From Clostridia bacterium (GTDB taxonomy: Bacteria; Bacillota; Clostridia; Oscillospirales; UBA644): a DNA stretch of 48,366 nucleotides. Below are positions 45,856-48,366 of this stretch, one piece after another. The notes beneath the pieces are model-generated. The model saw nothing but the letters and a program-made list of their open reading frames with translations, had not been told where the DNA came from and searched no databases. The stretch covers positions 1 to 48,366 of the forward strand of contig JAGAOB010000013.1 of NCBI GenBank assembly GCA_017623895.1, given 5' to 3'. Position 1 is the first letter of the stretch; every line of letters starts with the position of its first letter. The position numbers and the translations under genes were made by a program.

Positions 45856-48144
45856 TCACAATTTGTTTCGCTGGATCTTTCCGCTGACCGATTTGGGTAA
45901 CGCGTCGCGGAAGACCACGATGCGGGGGTATTTGTAGGGTGCGGTTTTTTGCTTGACGTAGGTCTGAATTTCTTTTTTCAGATCCTCGGTAGGCTCGGTG
46001 CCGTTGACAAGAACGATGGATGCCTTAACCACCTGCCCCCGAACCTCGTCGGGCTCGGCGGAAACGCCACATTCCAGGACGTAGGGCAATTCCATAATTA
46101 CGCTTTCGATTTCAAAGGGGCCGATACGGTAGCCAGAGGATTTGATCACGTCGTCGGCTCTACCTACGTACCAGAAGAATCCGTCCTCGTCCTTCCACGC
46201 CACGTCGCCCGTGTGGTAATAGCCGTCGTGCCAATTCTCGGCGGTCTTTTCCTCGTCGCCGTAATATCCCACGGCAAGTCCGCAGGGATGTCCGTTCTTG
46301 AGATTGACCACGATCTCCCCCGTTTCTCCCACGGGGACCTGATTGCCGTCGGCATCGTGCAGCTCCACGTCGTAAACGGGAACCTTTCGACCCATAGATC
46401 CGATCTTGTGGGGAGCCCCGACCAGATTGCCGATCATCATCGTGCTTTCGGTCTGACCGAAGCCTTCAATGATCTGCAGGCCCGTCGCCTTTTCGAACTG
46501 ACGGTACACCTCGGGGTTCAGAGCCTCACCTGCCGTGGTCATATGCTTAACCGACGAGAAATCGTATTTGGAAATATCCTGCTTGATCATCATCCGCAGC
46601 ATCGTAGGCGGCGCACAGAAGGTGGTGATCCGATGCTCGGCAAACATAGGCAGAATATCGGCGGCGTCGAAACGGCCAAAGTCGTAGACGAAAATTGCCG
46701 CCTCACAGAGCCATTGTCCATAGAGCTTGCCCCACATTGATTTTGCCCAACCCGTGTCGGAGATGGTGAAGTGCAAGCCGTCGGGGTCCACGTTGTGCCA
46801 ATACTTTGCGGTATGGAAATGTCCCAAGGGATATTTATAGTTATGTGCCGCCAGCTTGGGATATCCCGAAGTGCCCGAGGTAAAGAACATCAGCATCAGA
46901 TCTTCGCCGCAGGGTGCGTCCTCGGGGCGGTTGTAATGGGTGCTGTACAGCGGATACTCCTCATCGAAGCACCGCCAGCCCTCGCGGGTGCCATTGACCA
47001 AGATCTTATGCTTCAGATCGGGGCATTTTTCTGCGGCAATCTCCACCTGACGGGCCGTATCTCCGTCTGCGGTACAAAGGATGGCGGAGACTCCTGCACA
47101 TTGAAAACGGTATTCAAAATCGTGCTCCTGCAGTTGGTTGGTGGCAGGAATGGCGATGGCGCCAAGCTTGTTCAGTCCCATCATCGCGAACCAGAATTGA
47201 TAGTGGCGCTTCAGTACCAGCATCACCCGATCGCCCTTTTTGATTCCAAGGGATTTGAAATAGTTCGCACATTGGGAAGAAGCCTTTTTGATATCCTTGA
47301 AGGTCAGCCGACGGACGGTCTTGTCCTTGGAGATGTGAAGCATCGCCAATTTTTCGGGCTCTCGCTCCGCCAAGGCGTCCACAAGATCAAAGGCAAAGTT
47401 AAAGGTTTCGGTATTTTTGAATTGAATGGAGGTTGGCGTTCCGTTTTCATCCTCGGTAACGTCGATAAATTTGCGGTAAATGCGGTCCTTCGTATCGAAG
47501 GTCTTGACCCGCTTTTCCGAAACGGATTTGACCTCGGTCAGCTCGGGAATAGGTTCTCCCGTAGGATTGAGAACGATAGCGTAAAAGATACAGTCCTGTC
47601 CATTGACGGCGATCATCCCGTGGGGGGTATCGGAATCAAAATAGATACTGTCGCCGGGGCCGAGCACTTCCTTGTGCTCTCCGACCTGAACCATCAGATT
47701 TCCTTCGATGATAAGGTCGCACTCCTGCCCCGCGTGGGTGGTCAGCTCGATCTGCTTGTTCTGTGCCTCGGGGTCGTAGACGCTGCGAACGTACAGAGGC
47801 TCGGCGATGCGGTCCCGAAAGGCATAGGCAAGATTGTAATAGGTCATCCCGTGCGCCTTGGAGACCTCCTGCCCCGCCCCCTTGCGGGTAACGGTGTAGG
47901 ATTGCAGTTTGGGGCTCTGCCCCTCGATAATATCGGTGACGTTGACCTTCAACGCCATAGCGCACCGATAGATAAACGCAAAGTTCAGATCGCTTTTCCC
48001 TGCTTCACATTGCAGGTATTCGGCTTCGGACACGCCCGTTTGTGCCGCCATTTCCGCGGCGGACAAGCCCTCCAGCTGACGCAGCTCGCAAATGCGCCCT
48101 GCCATCTCACGGATCTTGACATCAAGTCCGCTGATTTGTTCCAT
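45856..48144 (-). CDS. Fusion of XRE HTH, cupin and medium-chain acyl-CoA synthetase
   Basis: RI.ELR..EG.S..EMA...GVS...Y...E.G (XRE); H.GQE...G...LGPGDSIYFDS..PHG (cupin); FTSGTSGYPK, GFGQTE, YHTGD, GRADD.IKSSGYRIGPFE, LPKS.SGKI.R; RBS AGGAG. Confidence 0.9.
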   Translation of the reverse strand: MEQISGLDVKIREMAGRICELRQLEGLSAAEMAAQTGVSEAEYLQCEAGKSDLNFAFIYRCAMALKVNVTDIIEGQSPKLQSYTVTRKGAGQEVSKAHGMTYYNLAYAFRDRIAEPLYVRSVYDPEAQNKQIELTTHAGQECDLIIEGNLMVQVGEHKEVLGPGDSIYFDSDTPHGMIAVNGQDCIFYAIVLNPTGEPIPELTEVKSVSEKRVKTFDTKDRIYRKFIDVTEDENGTPTSIQFKNTETFNFAFDLVDALAEREPEKLAMLHISKDKTVRRLTFKDIKKASSQCANYFKSLGIKKGDRVMLVLKRHYQFWFAMMGLNKLGAIAIPATNQLQEHDFEYRFQCAGVSAILCTADGDTARQVEIAAEKCPDLKHKILVNGTREGWRCFDEEYPLYSTHYNRPEDAPCGEDLMLMFFTSGTSGYPKLAAHNYKYPLGHFHTAKYWHNVDPDGLHFTISDTGWAKSMWGKLYGQWLCEAAIFVYDFGRFDAADILPMFAEHRITTFCAPPTMLRMMIKQDISKYDFSSVKHMTTAGEALNPEVYRQFEKATGLQIIEGFGQTESTMMIGNLVGAPHKIGSMGRKVPVYDVELHDADGNQVPVGETGEIVVNLKNGHPCGLAVGYYGDEEKTAENWHDGYYHTGDVAWKDEDGFFWYVGRADDVIKSSGYRIGPFEIESVIMELPYVLECGVSAEPDEVRGQVVKASIVLVNGTEPTEDLKKEIQTYVKQKTAPYKYPRIVVFRDALPKSVSGKIQRNKL

Positions 48145-48169
48145 AAAAGTTTCTCCTATCCGGGACGAA

Positions 48170-48366
48170 AATAAAAACACACCCGTCCCAAAGCTGATAA
48201 AACCTTGAGACGAGTGCCTGTTGCATCCATAACACCCGCGGTACCACTCAAATTGCGGAAAACCCGCCTCTCTTGAGGTCCAACAACCCCTATGCCTTTA
48301 CGCAGCAATCACGGGGAGATTCTACCGACCCTTTGAAGGGTGTTCTTTCTCCCGACTCGGAAGTGA
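48170..48366 (-). promoter_or_regulatory. T-box riboswitch (5'-truncated by the window edge) with terminator
   Basis: Minus strand: stem II with S-turn (GAA...GGTA), AATTTGAGTGGTACCGCG T-box at 48237-48254, terminator CACTCGTCTCAAGG/CTTTGGGACGGGTG followed by a T-rich tract. Confidence 0.9.

Noticed and set aside
46771-48174. Long antisense ORFs (also 7561-8955, 14399-15718, 16464-17900, 37526-39274)
   Set aside because: They are shadows of well-supported genes on the opposite strand, with no RBS or recognisable motifs.

Overview
Chromosomal core and accessory region of a spore-forming, moderately GC-rich Clostridia-like Firmicute. The left edge is the promoter and leader of an rRNA operon reading out of the window. 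Then come a B12-radical SAM gene, an Ig-like lipoprotein, argS (interrupted by one in-frame TGA), a solute-binding lipoprotein, the ACT/DUF711 pair, rpsT, gpr-spoIIP-dacB-like, rluB, a class A PBP, a Cys-rich protein and trpS. The middle holds three tandem metallophosphoesterases with a beta-propeller lipoprotein, an inositol-monophosphatase gene paired with a 2TM/beta-barrel gene resembling an orphan Cap15-type effector, sodC, a PAP2 phosphatase, a His/Cys-tailed NifX-like protein and a HisR-headed his operon. The right ~12 kb is a T-box-led minus-strand cluster: XRE-cupin-acyl-CoA synthetase, P-loop protein, four-subunit Vor oxidoreductase, ilvE, an apparently catalytically dead LeuA, a degenerate TIM-barrel-acyl-CoA synthetase fusion and an amidohydrolase. 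It looks like a branched-chain fatty acid to amino acid salvage pathway with pseudoenzyme regulators. No CRISPR array, tRNA, IS or prophage was seen. All family calls come from motif recognition by eye, not from database searches.
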